From: Pokkaliibacter sp. MBI-7
GTDB taxonomy: Bacteria > Pseudomonadota > Gammaproteobacteria > Pseudomonadales > Balneatricaceae
NCBI RefSeq assembly: GCF_029846635.1
Contig: NZ_JARVTG010000002.1
Coordinates: 103,853-167,852 of the forward strand
Length of the DNA: 64,000 nt
Direction of reading: 5' to 3'
Positions 1 to 10,572 of the stretch are shown piece by piece. The notes beneath the pieces were generated by a model. The model saw only the letters and a list, made by a program, of their open reading frames with translations, was not told the DNA's origin and ran no database searches. Position 1 is the stretch's first letter. Each line of letters opens with the position of its first letter. The translations under genes and the position numbers were made by a program.

Positions 1-3000
1 GCTGGCCAGCTTCCTCACTGCGCTGGAAGACGGCAAGATTGCCGTCGAGCGCCTGCGCTCACTCAAATATGTTTTTGCCAGTGGCGAGGCGCTGGATCTG
101 GCGCTGGTGGAGCGTTTCAATCGCCTGCTGCATGGGGCAGTTGGTGCCGAGCTGCACAACCTTTACGGGCCTACCGAAGCCACGGTCGATGTCACCTGGC
201 AGCCCTGTTCTCCGTGGCAGGGCGGCGACAGCGTGCCTATCGGTAAGCCTATCGCCAACACCCGCGTGCTGATTCTCGATAGCCAGCAGCAGCCGCTGCC
301 CATCGGTGTGGCCGGTGAGCTGATACTGGCCGGGCCACAGGTGGCGCGGGGTTATCTCAATCGCCCTGAGCTGACGGCGGAACGTTTCCCCGCTGATCCG
401 CAGGTTGCTGATGGCCGCTGGTATCGCACCGGTGATCTGGGGCGCTGGCGCCGTGATGGCAGTATCGACTATCTGGGCCGTATTGATCATCAGGTCAAGG
501 TGCGCGGTTTTCGTATCGAGTGCGGTGAGATCGAAGCAGTACTGGAGGCGCATCCTCTGGTGGAACGTGCTCTGGTGGTGCCTGCCCGAGTAGCCGGGCT
601 GACCGAGCTGCACGCCTATATTCTGCCTGCCAGCGCCAATACAAGCGTGGCAGCCGACAGCGTACTGACCAGTGCCGAACTGCGTCAGTGCCTGCGTCTG
701 CAGGTGCCGGAATACATGCTCCCGGCACGCTTCTTCCAGCTGGCGCATCTGCCGATGACCAGCAGCGGCAAGGTTGACCGCAAGGCGCTGACGGGGACGC
801 CACTGGATCAGCGGGCACCTGCTGGTGCTTCTGCATCCCAGCCACAGAGCGACACCGTTGCCGGGCTGGAGCAGGAGCTGCTGGCCCTCTGGCAGGCTAT
901 TCTGCCGGAGGCGCATTTCAGCAAGGATGACGGCTTCTTCGATGCCGGTGGCAACTCGCTGCTGCTGCTGCGTCTGTATGACCGCCTGCAGCAGCGCTGG
1001 CCTGATCTGTTCACCGTAGCTGACCTGTTCAGCCACAGTACCGTGGCGGCGCAGGCACGCTGGCTGGCGGGAGAGGGCGCGCAGGCGACGGTTGCTTCTT
1101 CCTCCCCGGCGCAGCAGGCACCGAACGAGCCCATAGCCATTATCGGTATGGCGGTGCAGGTGGCTGATGCCGAGACACCGCAGCAGCTATGGCAGTTGCT
1201 GGCTGAAGGCGCAGATCAGGTGCGGCCTCTGCCTGCTGGCCGTGAGCAGCTGGCCCGTGAACTGTCGCAAGCACTGGGGCGCACTGCACCACGGCAATTC
1301 CGTCAGGCGGCCTATCGTGACGAGCTGTACGGCTTTGAGCCGCGACGCTTCCGCATGGCACCGGCTGATGCCGCGCTGATCGACCCGGAGCAGCGGCTGT
1401 TTCTGGAAACGGCACAGATGGCGCTGGAGGATGCCGGTTACGGTGGACAGGCGCTGCGCGGGGATGCCGTAGGCGTGTTCGTCGGTGGTGGCAGCAACAT
1501 GCTGCACCGACTGGCGCTGGAACAGGCCGACCTTCAGCGTGCAGAGCAGATTTTTGCTCTCAATGTGCCCTCCAACATTGCCACCCGTCTGTCGTTCCTC
1601 AACGACTGGCATGGCCCGGCGGCCTTGCTGGATACCGCCTGTTCGTCATCGCTGGTAGCTGTCCATCAGGCCTGCACCGAGCTGCGAAATGGCCACTGTA
1701 AGGTGGCACTGGCGGGGGCGGCCAAACTGATTCCGCTGCCGTCTGATGCGGCGGCGGGCTTCACTATCGATTCTTCCACTGCACGTACCCGCGCCTTTGC
1801 CGAAGGGGCCGATGGCACCGGCATGGGTGAGGGCAGTGTGGTGTTTCTGCTCAAGACCCTGAGTGCTGCTGAGGCCGATGGCGATGCGATCCATGCGGTT
1901 ATTCGTGGTTCGGCTGTCAATCAGGACGGTGCCTCCAGCAGTGCTGCGGCGCCCAATCCGCTGGCGCAGGCCAGGGTGATTCAGGCTGCTGCCACGGCCG
2001 CTCAGCTGCCGCTGCACAGCCTGTCCTATATCGAGGCCCACGGTACCGGTACCGCACTGGGTGACCCTATCGAAATCAGCGGTCTGACTCAGGCTTTTGC
2101 TGCCAGAGAAAACCGCACTGATGCAGAACAGCCAAAGGCGCTGATCGGTTCGGTAAAAGGCAACTTCGGCCATCTCGACCATGCCGCCGGGGGGCTGGGC
2201 CTGCTCAAAGCGGTACTGTGCCTGCAATACGATCAGGCACCGCCGCAACCGTTCTTCACTAAGCCTAATCCGGCCATTGATTTTGATCAGGCGCCGGTGC
2301 AGGTAGCGGCGCAGTTGCAACCCTTACCTGTACGTGGCAACCCACGCCGGGCAGGGGTCAGTTCGTTCGGATTGAGCGGTATCAACGCTCATATCGTGGT
2401 TGAGGCTGCACCTGTCGCGACGGCTCAAACGGCTCTGCCGCAGGGCTGGTCCATTGTGGCCTTGTCGGCGGGCAGCAAGGTGGCCTTGCTGAGCTATGCA
2501 CAGACGCTACTGGGCTGGCTGGCCGAGCGTGAAGCCGGGCAGGCCGGAGCGCAGCTGCTGCCTAATATGGCCATGACTCTGTGTCGTGGGCGTGCCGTCA
2601 TGAGCTGGCGTTTTGCTGTGGCGGTCAGTGACCGGCAGCAACTGATGCTGGCCCTGATGCAGCTGCTGGCGGGGGATGACCGTGCCGTAGCAGAAGTTGC
2701 TGCCCGGCGTGGGGCATTGTCACCTGCGTTAGCTCCGGCAGCGGCCTGGCATGCCGAACAGGCAGACGCCGAGGCGGCCTGTCAGGGCTGGCTGAGCGGT
2801 GGCGAACTGGTCTGGCCTGAGCATCTGCCGGCTCGCCGTTGTCATCTGCCTTTTGTGCCTTTCAGCCGTCAGCAGTGCAAACCTGCGCTGGCCAAAGGTA
2901 CGCCGTCGTTTCATCAGCCCTGGTTTAGCGGCCCCACCGCGACCGCCGATGCCCAGGTGTTTACGCTGCAGTTGCAAGACCCAGCCTGCTGGCCTGCGGC

Positions 3001-6000
3001 CGAGCATCGCCTCAATGGCAAAGCCACACTGGTGGGCATGGCCCTGCCCGGTCTGGTCGCCGAGGCAGTGCGCCAGCTGGGCCAGTCCCCTGAAGGGCTG
3101 ACGCTGACCGGGTTACGCTGGTTGCGCCCGCTGCAGGCCGGTCAGGGACAGGTCAGCCTGTTGCTGCATGATGATGGCCGTCTGCAGCTGGGGCAGCGTA
3201 ACAGCCACGGCCGCTGGCTGCTGTCCGCCGAAGGACACTGGTCTGTGCAGCCTGTGGTGTCGGAGCAGTGGGATCTCACCGCACTGCGGGAGCGTTTCAG
3301 TCAGCACCAGCCGATTCCTTCTTTCAGCACTGATCACGGAATTTTGCAGGTCAGTGAGCGCTGGGATTGTCATCGTGCCTTCTGGGCTGACCCGCACAGC
3401 GGCGAAGGTCTGGCGTTGTTGGGGCTGGCCAGCGGTTATGAGGCTGATCTGCAGCAGCTGGCACTGCACCCGGCACTGCTGGATGTTGCTGCCAGTCTGG
3501 GGATAACGCAGGGGAACAGTGTGCTGTCTGGCTGTGAGTCATTGCAGCTACTGAGCGCCTTGCCTGCTGAGGTGCTGGCCATTGGTCGTCGCCACAGCGC
3601 AGAGCCGGGCGCGCTGGTGGACATCAGCCTGATCAACCCCTCAAGCGGTGAGCTGTGCTTGCGGATGAGCGGGTTGCGTTTCGCCCAGCTGGGGCAAGCC
3701 GAAGACGCCTTGCCTGCCATTTTGCTGCCTCGCTGGCAGGCGGTGGAGCAGACTGTGGATCTGCGCTGGCCCGCCGGTACGCTGCTGATTACGGATGAGC
3801 GCAGCGTCGATGTCTGGCCCTTTGTTCGTTATCTGCCTGCGCAGGTAAAACGCTGTGCGCTAAACAGCCTCAGCCGTGATGATGTACAGCAGGCACAGCA
3901 TGTGCTGCTGGCATTGTCTGCCGACAGGCAGCTGGCCGAGCGTACCGGGCAGGCGTTGCAAACCCTGCTGCGCGGCGTCCGGCAACCCTGCCGGGTGCTG
4001 GTGCTGGGCAGTGGTGCCTATCGTCTGGATGATCACGACCCCTTGGATGTACAGCCTGATGCCGCACTGGCTGCCGGTGTCTGTCTGGCGGCCGGTAAGG
4101 AAGAAGCCCTGCTGGAAGTAGGCTATCTGGATATTGCCGCCGAAGAGGCCATGATCGGCGCGGCGGCACTGCTCAATCAGTCTGATCGACTGGCGGATGT
4201 CAGCCTGTGGCGCTGTGGTCAGGTTTATCGAAGAGACGTGCAGGCAGCCGAGGTTCCTGCCACAAGCATGTCAGCACGAAACTGGCCGGAGCAGGGTGTG
4301 TGTGTGGTGAGCGGTGGTCTGGGTGGCTTTGCTCTGGCTCTGGCACCGACTTTCAGCGCGCAGGGCAAGGTGAAGCTGGCCCTGCTCAGTCGTCGTAGCG
4401 AAACAGAGCTGGAGCCGCAAGCTCAGGCACAACTGGCCGCCCTGCGTCAGCAAGGCGTGTCACTGCAACTGTACCGCTGCGACGTCAGCGACTATCAACA
4501 GCTGGCCGATACCCTGCAGCAGATACGCAGTCAGCTGGGTGCCATTACCGCAGTGGTGCATACCGCCGGAGCCGCCGATGGTGGCTTCCTGGCCAAGCGC
4601 AGTCTGGCTGGTTTTGCGCCGGTACTGGCGGCCAAAGTAGAGGGTGCACGCCATCTGGATGCCCTGACACGGGATGATCCGCTGACGGCCTTTGTACTGT
4701 TTGGCAGTCTGACGGCGGTGCTGGGGGCGCCGGGGCAGAGTGCCTACGCCGCAGCCAACGCCTGGCTGGACAGCTTTGCTGTCTGGCGCCGTGCCGCTGG
4801 CAAGCCGGCACTGAGTATCGACTGGTGCGCACTGGCTGAACAGGGCATGGCGGCACGCTTCAACGTGCCTCTGCAGAAAGGGGCATTTATCACCCCTGCA
4901 CAGGCGCCCATCCTCTGGCAACGGGCACTGGCGGCCGGACAACCACAAGTCGTGGTGCTTGACCCGGCGTTGCTGACGCAAACACAGCCGCAGAGCCACG
5001 CTCAGCCCGTGCCGTCATCGGTAGCCAAAGCCGCTGCAGTACCCGAGGCTGACGTCGTGCAGAAGGCCGTCGCAGCAGTAGCACCTGATGCTGTGGATCT
5101 AAGCCAGACCCTGTGCGCCATCTTTGCCGGGGTGCTGGGGTATGAGCAGATCAGTATTGACGATGATTTCTATGCGCTGGGCGGGGATTCCATCACCGGC
5201 ATGCAGATTGTCGAACGGGTCAGCAGGCAAACCGGACTGCAACTGAGTCTGGCTGATTTGCTGGAGCTGGCTTCGGTGCAGAACATCGTCGCCAGTCTGC
5301 CTGCTGCTTCCATAACATCTGAGCCACTCCCTCTATCCACGCAGCCTGCAACGCTGGCATTACGGCCTGAGCATTCGACACAAATAACTGTAGCCAATGG
5401 TGGCGCACCGTCACCGACCGATATGACCACCACGCTCAGTGCCATTTTTGCTGAGGTGCTGGGCTATGAGCAGGTCAGTGTCGATGATGATTTCTATGCG
5501 CTGGGCGGTGACTCCATTACCGGTATGCAGATTGTCGAGAAGATCAGCCAGCGCACCGGACAGCAGCTGAGTCTGGCGGATCTGCTGGAGCTGGCAACCG
5601 TCGGGGCACTGGTGCAGAAACTGGCTGGTGATACCGAAGGTGGAGATAGCCGAGCGCAAGCGGATTTGGTTGATACTGATGACAGCGAACAGACGGCGGC
5701 AGCTGACCTGAGTGAAGGCGAACGTTTTGCCGGGTACTATCCGCTGAGCTGGGATCAGCTGGCGGTGTTGCATGCCGAACAGGCCGGGGACATGGGTACC
5801 GCCTTCAACCTGCCTCACGTGATCAGCCTCAGTGATGAGGTTGAACTTGATCGCCTGCAACGTGCCATTGTGCAACTGACGGCACGACAGCCGTTGCTCC
5901 GTACCTGTCTGGTGTCAGCGCAGGCTGAGGTGCAGCGGGATGACGGCCACGGCAGTGTGGGCCGCGGACAGCCTCAGGCGGACGTGGTGGCAGCTGAATT

Positions 6001-9000
6001 GCCTCATGCCAGCCCGTCGGCTCTGCAGTCCGAGTGGCTGCAGCAGGTGTTGCCCCTTTCAGCGGCCATGCCGCAGCTGACCGTGGAGCAGGTCGCTGAT
6101 GAACAGGCTCTACAGCAGAGAATCCGGGCATTGCTGCAGCCTTTCGATCTGCAGCAGGGCGTACCGGTGTGCTGGAAAGTGCTGGAAGATGGCCAGCAGC
6201 GCGTGCTGTTCTTTGATATTCACCACAGTCTGGCCGACGGCAGCAGTATTGAAATGCTGCTGGCGGAGCTGGGGGCGCTGTATCAGGGGCAGTCGCTGCC
6301 TGCACCGCGGGGCTATCTCCATGATTACGCCCTGCAATGCCAGCGTGAGCTGGAGCAGGGGGTAGACCGGCTGCAGCAGTCACGCGATTACTGGCTGGGG
6401 CAGTATCAGGGACCATTACCCCTGCTGGACCTGCCGGCTGACCGGCGCCGCCCTCCGCAGCACAGCTACCACGGTGGTATGAGTGGCTTTAACCTGCCAC
6501 CGGCGCTGGTGCGCGAGGCCCGTACATTCGCTGCACAGCAGCGGGTCACCATGTTCAGTCTGGTGTTATCTGCCTGGGCACTGCTGCTGCAACGTCTGGC
6601 CGGTGTGCAGGAAGTGGTGATGGCGGTGCCGGTCGATTCCCGTGATGCCAATGGCTTTATCGGGGTACCGGGGATGATGGTGTCACTGCTGCCGCTGCGT
6701 CTGCAGGTGGCAGAGCAAGCACGGGTCAGCGAGTTGCTGGCCCATGTTCACCAGCAGCACCGTCAGGCCATGCGCCACCGGGCGTACAGTCTGGGGCAAT
6801 TGCTGGAGGAGCTGGCACCCCCAGCGGCACCGGAGCGGACGCTGCTGTCTGAGGTGTCACTGTCTTACATGAACTTCGCCAGTGCCGGCCAGCTCAGTGG
6901 TCAGGCGCAAGACGGGCAGACTCCGGCATTTCAGGTTCGCGGTCTGGAGCGTCGCCACTGCAAGAATGATCTGTCGATCTTTGTCCGCGATCAGGCCGAG
7001 GGGATCAGCGTCGTGCTGGACTACTATGCCGATCTGTTTGACGAAGAGCGTATGCAGCGGCTGGGTGAGCAGTTCTGTGAAGTGTTGCTGCAGATGGTCG
7101 GTCATGGTGATGCACCTCTGTCGGGTTTGCCTTTGCTGCCTGCTGCAGAGCGGCAGTTGCTGGCAGATTTCGAGCAGGGTGAACAACCGCCACTGCCCCT
7201 GGGGCAGGGGCTGTTTGGCCTGTTTGCTCAGGCGGTACAGCATTATGGTACGCAGCCGGCTGTTAGTGATGAGTCCTTAAGCCTGAGTTACGCCGAACTG
7301 CAACAGCAGGTGCTGTTACTGGCCGCTACTCTGCAGCGTGAAGGTGTACAGCCGGGAGACTGGGTGGCGTTGCATTGTCAGCGTGGCGTGCCTGCCATTG
7401 TGGCGGTGCTGGCGATTGTGGCTCTGGGGGCTGCCTACGTGCCCCTTGATCCGGCGTTCCCGGCGGCGCGAAACCGGCTGATTCTGCAGGACAGCGGCTG
7501 CCGGGTGGCACTGGTCGACCAGCAGGGGGCCGAAGCCCTGGCTGATCAGCCCGTCACCCTGCTATGCATGACCTCAGCGGGCAAAGAGGAGCTGGGTCTG
7601 GTGACCGGCCAGCTGCTGCGCGTCGAGTCAGGAACGGCCAGCGCACTGCTGCCCGTCACTGAACTGCGGTTGCCGCAGCCGGATGACGTGGACAACCTGC
7701 CGGTGTATCTGATGTACACCTCCGGGTCCACCGGTGTGCCCAAGGGCGTGGTCATTACCCAGCAGGCGGTAGTGCGTCTGTTACATGGGGGGGAGGCGCT
7801 GCAGCCCCGTGCGGGCGAGCGGGTCGGGCAGGCCGGGCCGCTGGCCTTTGATGCTTCGACCTTTGAAATCTGGAATACCCTGCTGCGTGGTGCGCACCTG
7901 TGCATCATCGACTATCCGCTGCTGCTGGACCCCGGTACTTTGGGGCAGGCGCTGCAACACTGGCAGATTGAGCGAATGTTCATGACCGTCAGCCTGTTCA
8001 ATCGTCAGGTAGACCACGACCCTGCCAGTTTCCGTACCCTGCGTACGCTGCTGGTGGGTGGTGAGGCGCTCAGTCTGCCTCATATCCGGCGCCTGCTGCT
8101 GGCCTGCCCGCAGGTGCAGTGCTGGAACGGCTACGGCCCCACTGAATGCACCACCTTTGCCACCCTCTATCCCATCACCCGTCAGCAGCTGGCTGGGCAG
8201 GAAGGCGGCCTGCCTATCGGCCGGCCCCTGGCTCACACGCAGGCCGTCATCCTCGACGGTCTGGGCCAGCGTGCAGCCATCGGCGTCTGGGGCGAACTGT
8301 ATCTGGGCGGGCTCGGTCTGGCGCGCGAATACTGGCAGCAGCCTGAGCGCACCGCCGAACGCTTTGTCAGTGATCCTGAGCAGCCGTCACAGCGACTGTA
8401 CCGCACGGGTGACCGGGCGCGCTGGCGCAGTGATGGCCAGATCGAGTTTGGCGGGCGCAATGACAGCCAGATCAAGCTGCGCGGTCTGCGCATTGAGCTG
8501 GAAGAAATCGAACAGGTGCTGGCTGATGCGCCGGGTGTCGCCAGTGTGGCGGTGCTCTGTCATGAGCAAAGCCTGCTGGCTTTCATTACGCCCAGTGAAC
8601 AGGCTCAGCCTCTGCAGGCTGCCAGTCTGCGCGCCTGGCTGGGGCAGCGGCTACCTGCATTCATGCTGCCGTCACGCTGGTGGCAGTTGTCAGCCTTGCC
8701 GCTGACCGCTAACGGCAAGACTGACAGCCGCACGCTGCTGAGCTGGCTGGAGCAGCCTGAGCGACTGACCGAATTGCCGCTGGGCAGCCAGCGTGCGGGT
8801 GCTGATGATCAGAGTGAGATGCGCTTGAGTGACGCCGAGCGTCTGGTAGCGGAGGTGTTCAGTGAAGTGTTTGGTCAGCTGGTGGAAGATCCGGCGACCA
8901 GCTTTATTGATCTGGGCGGTCACAGTCTGCTGGCTATCCGGGTGGTCAATCGTCTGGCGCAGCGTTGCGGCGTGCGCCTGCCCATGGCCGTGTTCTTTGC

Positions 9001-10459
9001 TGACCCCAGTGTGGCAGGGCTTGCTCATGCGCTGGAATTGCAGGCCGGTGTGGAGCAGGGCTGCGGGCAGGAGGGCGCCGAGGAAGCGATTCCCTGCGTG
9101 GCCCGTGCGGAACTGTACCCTGCCAGCCATGCACAGCGCCGCCTGTATCTGCTGCAACAGATGGACCCCAGCGGCAGTGCCTACAACATGGTGTTTGCCT
9201 TCAACGTCAGTGCCGAGTTGCAGCCCGAGCTGTTGCAGCAGGCGCTGCAGGCGCTGGCCTGGCGTCATGAACCGCTGCGTACTGCTTTTGTCGAGCAGGA
9301 TGATGGGCAGATCATGCAGCGTATTACCGAGGCTGTGCCGCACGTGCAGCTGGATGATGTCAGTCGTCATCCTGCCGCCAGAGCAGAAGCCCTGCGTCTG
9401 GCCCGGCAGGAGGCTGCGACAGGCTTTGATCTGACTGAGCCGCCGCTGATTCGGGCACGGGTGATCCGGGTCTCCGCCAGCGAGGCGCTGCTGCTGGTGG
9501 TGCTGCATCACATCGTCGGTGATGGCTGGTCATCCCGCATTCTGGTCAGGGAGCTGGGCGAGCTGTATCGGGCGGCACAAAGCCGCAGTGAGCCGCAGCT
9601 GCCGCCTCTCCCCATCCACTACAAGGATTACGCCGCCTGGCAGGCCAGCAGACAATGGCAACAGGCGGCTGAGTACTGGGGCGAAGCGCTGCGGGGGGCA
9701 CCGGAACAGATAGCGCTGCCTGCTGACCGGCCTGCACCGGCAGTACAGTCCTTCCGTGGTGCCTGTGTGCAAACCCTGCTGCCGCAGGGCGTGGCCTCCG
9801 GATTGCGGTTGATGGCCGAGCGCTTGCAGGTCTCCGTGTCGGCGGTGGGCATGGCGCTGTTCGCCTCAGTGCTCTATCGTCTGACGCGGCAGGACGATCT
9901 GGTGATCGGCATGGGCGTTGCGGGACGTGACCGGCTGGAAACAGAGGGGCTGATCGGCTTCTTCGTCAATGTGCTGCCCATTCGTCTGCAACTGACGGCT
10001 GATACCGAGCTGGAACCGCTGATTGTGGCGGCACGGCAGCGGATGGTCGAAGCCCTTGACCGGCGTGACTATCCCTTTGATGAACTGGTGCGTGGTTTGG
10101 GGCGGCAACGCCAGTCCAACCGTCAGCCACTGGTCAATGTGGTGTTTGAGTACCAGCAGTTTGGTGCACTGGCGGCAGATAATGTGGCAGGTTTGCCGCT
10201 GCTGCCAGCCGGTCAGCCGGGCATGCTGGAGGACGATATTCGTCAGATTCTGGCACAGACCACCGCCAAGCATGATCTGCTGCTGTTCTATGCGGAGGAG
10301 CCGCAGGCCGATGGCTGTGATCAGGTGCGGCTGACGCTGGAATACGACACCGATCTGTTTGATGCGGCGACTGCCGAGCGCTGGTTGAGTTTCTATGTAC
10401 GTTTTGCGGGGGCTGCCGCGGCCCATGAAATGGCGCAGCGGCAGGATGGGCAGGCCTGA
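1..10459 (+). CDS. Hybrid NRPS-PKS megasynthase, 5'-partial (reading frame open from nt 2). Domains in window: A (C-terminal half)-T | KS-DH-KR-T-T (no AT) | C-A-T-C
   Basis: A-domain core motifs: NLYGPTE (nt ~170), YRTGDLGRWRRDGSIDYLGRIDHQVKVRGFRIE, LPxYMLP...SGKVDRKAL. T: FFDAGGNSL (nt ~945). KS: DTACSSSLVAVHQA (nt ~1635), HGTGTALGDPIE, GSVKGNFGHLDHAAG. No GHSxG AT motif between KS and DH. DH: HRLNG...LPG (nt ~3000) and LHPALLDVAAS (nt ~3470). KR: VCVVSGGLGGFALALA (nt ~4300) and SAYAAANAWLD (nt ~4740). Tandem T domains YALGGDSITGMQIVE (nt ~5180 and ~5510). C: HHSLADGSS (nt ~6225). A: LMYTSGSTGVPKGV (7711), NGYGPTECTT (8119), YRTGDRARWRSDGQIEFGGRNDSQIKLRGLRIE, LPAFMLPS...NGKTDSRTL. T: FIDLGGHSL (8911). 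C: HHIVGDGWS (9499). The frame is continuous back to the window start. Confidence 0.95.
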   Translation, partial: LASFLTALEDGKIAVERLRSLKYVFASGEALDLALVERFNRLLHGAVGAELHNLYGPTEATVDVTWQPCSPWQGGDSVPIGKPIANTRVLILDSQQQPLPIGVAGELILAGPQVARGYLNRPELTAERFPADPQVADGRWYRTGDLGRWRRDGSIDYLGRIDHQVKVRGFRIECGEIEAVLEAHPLVERALVVPARVAGLTELHAYILPASANTSVAADSVLTSAELRQCLRLQVPEYMLPARFFQLAHLPMTSSGKVDRKALTGTPLDQRAPAGASASQPQSDTVAGLEQELLALWQAILPEAHFSKDDGFFDAGGNSLLLLRLYDRLQQRWPDLFTVADLFSHSTVAAQARWLAGEGAQATVASSSPAQQAPNEPIAIIGMAVQVADAETPQQLWQLLAEGADQVRPLPAGREQLARELSQALGRTAPRQFRQAAYRDELYGFEPRRFRMAPADAALIDPEQRLFLETAQMALEDAGYGGQALRGDAVGVFVGGGSNMLHRLALEQADLQRAEQIFALNVPSNIATRLSFLNDWHGPAALLDTACSSSLVAVHQACTELRNGHCKVALAGAAKLIPLPSDAAAGFTIDSSTARTRAFAEGADGTGMGEGSVVFLLKTLSAAEADGDAIHAVIRGSAVNQDGASSSAAAPNPLAQARVIQAAATAAQLPLHSLSYIEAHGTGTALGDPIEISGLTQAFAARENRTDAEQPKALIGSVKGNFGHLDHAAGGLGLLKAVLCLQYDQAPPQPFFTKPNPAIDFDQAPVQVAAQLQPLPVRGNPRRAGVSSFGLSGINAHIVVEAAPVATAQTALPQGWSIVALSAGSKVALLSYAQTLLGWLAEREAGQAGAQLLPNMAMTLCRGRAVMSWRFAVAVSDRQQLMLALMQLLAGDDRAVAEVAARRGALSPALAPAAAWHAEQADAEAACQGWLSGGELVWPEHLPARRCHLPFVPFSRQQCKPALAKGTPSFHQPWFSGPTATADAQVFTLQLQDPACWPAAEHRLNGKATLVGMALPGLVAEAVRQLGQSPEGLTLTGLRWLRPLQAGQGQVSLLLHDDGRLQLGQRNSHGRWLLSAEGHWSVQPVVSEQWDLTALRERFSQHQPIPSFSTDHGILQVSERWDCHRAFWADPHSGEGLALLGLASGYEADLQQLALHPALLDVAASLGITQGNSVLSGCESLQLLSALPAEVLAIGRRHSAEPGALVDISLINPSSGELCLRMSGLRFAQLGQAEDALPAILLPRWQAVEQTVDLRWPAGTLLITDERSVDVWPFVRYLPAQVKRCALNSLSRDDVQQAQHVLLALSADRQLAERTGQALQTLLRGVRQPCRVLVLGSGAYRLDDHDPLDVQPDAALAAGVCLAAGKEEALLEVGYLDIAAEEAMIGAAALLNQSDRLADVSLWRCGQVYRRDVQAAEVPATSMSARNWPEQGVCVVSGGLGGFALALAPTFSAQGKVKLALLSRRSETELEPQAQAQLAALRQQGVSLQLYRCDVSDYQQLADTLQQIRSQLGAITAVVHTAGAADGGFLAKRSLAGFAPVLAAKVEGARHLDALTRDDPLTAFVLFGSLTAVLGAPGQSAYAAANAWLDSFAVWRRAAGKPALSIDWCALAEQGMAARFNVPLQKGAFITPAQAPILWQRALAAGQPQVVVLDPALLTQTQPQSHAQPVPSSVAKAAAVPEADVVQKAVAAVAPDAVDLSQTLCAIFAGVLGYEQISIDDDFYALGGDSITGMQIVERVSRQTGLQLSLADLLELASVQNIVASLPAASITSEPLPLSTQPATLALRPEHSTQITVANGGAPSPTDMTTTLSAIFAEVLGYEQVSVDDDFYALGGDSITGMQIVEKISQRTGQQLSLADLLELATVGALVQKLAGDTEGGDSRAQADLVDTDDSEQTAAADLSEGERFAGYYPLSWDQLAVLHAEQAGDMGTAFNLPHVISLSDEVELDRLQRAIVQLTARQPLLRTCLVSAQAEVQRDDGHGSVGRGQPQADVVAAELPHASPSALQSEWLQQVLPLSAAMPQLTVEQVADEQALQQRIRALLQPFDLQQGVPVCWKVLEDGQQRVLFFDIHHSLADGSSIEMLLAELGALYQGQSLPAPRGYLHDYALQCQRELEQGVDRLQQSRDYWLGQYQGPLPLLDLPADRRRPPQHSYHGGMSGFNLPPALVREARTFAAQQRVTMFSLVLSAWALLLQRLAGVQEVVMAVPVDSRDANGFIGVPGMMVSLLPLRLQVAEQARVSELLAHVHQQHRQAMRHRAYSLGQLLEELAPPAAPERTLLSEVSLSYMNFASAGQLSGQAQDGQTPAFQVRGLERRHCKNDLSIFVRDQAEGISVVLDYYADLFDEERMQRLGEQFCEVLLQMVGHGDAPLSGLPLLPAAERQLLADFEQGEQPPLPLGQGLFGLFAQAVQHYGTQPAVSDESLSLSYAELQQQVLLLAATLQREGVQPGDWVALHCQRGVPAIVAVLAIVALGAAYVPLDPAFPAARNRLILQDSGCRVALVDQQGAEALADQPVTLLCMTSAGKEELGLVTGQLLRVESGTASALLPVTELRLPQPDDVDNLPVYLMYTSGSTGVPKGVVITQQAVVRLLHGGEALQPRAGERVGQAGPLAFDASTFEIWNTLLRGAHLCIIDYPLLLDPGTLGQALQHWQIERMFMTVSLFNRQVDHDPASFRTLRTLLVGGEALSLPHIRRLLLACPQVQCWNGYGPTECTTFATLYPITRQQLAGQEGGLPIGRPLAHTQAVILDGLGQRAAIGVWGELYLGGLGLAREYWQQPERTAERFVSDPEQPSQRLYRTGDRARWRSDGQIEFGGRNDSQIKLRGLRIELEEIEQVLADAPGVASVAVLCHEQSLLAFITPSEQAQPLQAASLRAWLGQRLPAFMLPSRWWQLSALPLTANGKTDSRTLLSWLEQPERLTELPLGSQRAGADDQSEMRLSDAERLVAEVFSEVFGQLVEDPATSFIDLGGHSLLAIRVVNRLAQRCGVRLPMAVFFADPSVAGLAHALELQAGVEQGCGQEGAEEAIPCVARAELYPASHAQRRLYLLQQMDPSGSAYNMVFAFNVSAELQPELLQQALQALAWRHEPLRTAFVEQDDGQIMQRITEAVPHVQLDDVSRHPAARAEALRLARQEAATGFDLTEPPLIRARVIRVSASEALLLVVLHHIVGDGWSSRILVRELGELYRAAQSRSEPQLPPLPIHYKDYAAWQASRQWQQAAEYWGEALRGAPEQIALPADRPAPAVQSFRGACVQTLLPQGVASGLRLMAERLQVSVSAVGMALFASVLYRLTRQDDLVIGMGVAGRDRLETEGLIGFFVNVLPIRLQLTADTELEPLIVAARQRMVEALDRRDYPFDELVRGLGRQRQSNRQPLVNVVFEYQQFGALAADNVAGLPLLPAGQPGMLEDDIRQILAQTTAKHDLLLFYAEEPQADGCDQVRLTLEYDTDLFDAATAERWLSFYVRFAGAAAAHEMAQRQDGQA
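5101..5620 (+). repeat. Tandem direct duplication (~190 nt units at ~5101-5290 and ~5431-5620, roughly 85% identical) encoding two consecutive carrier-protein (T/ACP) domains
   Basis: Near-identical nucleotide and peptide strings: LGYEQISIDDDFYALGGDSITGMQIVERVSRQTGLQLSLADLLELA versus LGYEQVSVDDDFYALGGDSITGMQIVEKISQRTGQQLSLADLLELA. Confidence 0.85.
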
Positions 10460-10572
10460 CGTGTTAACGTTGCAGGCTTGCCACAAGGCATTGATACGAC
10501 AGGTAAGTAAGTCACTCCGGGCACGGTGGGAAGCCATCCACCTGCCCGGTACGAAGGCCAAAAGGATTACCG

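Noticed and set aside
59-1036. 325-aa minus-strand ORF, and many other long antisense ORFs inside the NRPS genes (for example 8690-9511, 11353-12822, 13357-14136, 15709-16632, 17031-17798)
   Set aside because: They lie antisense to strongly supported megasynthase or ABC coding sequence. They are Arg/Gln/Ala-rich with the compositional bias expected of non-stop frames in high-GC DNA and carry no recognisable motifs.
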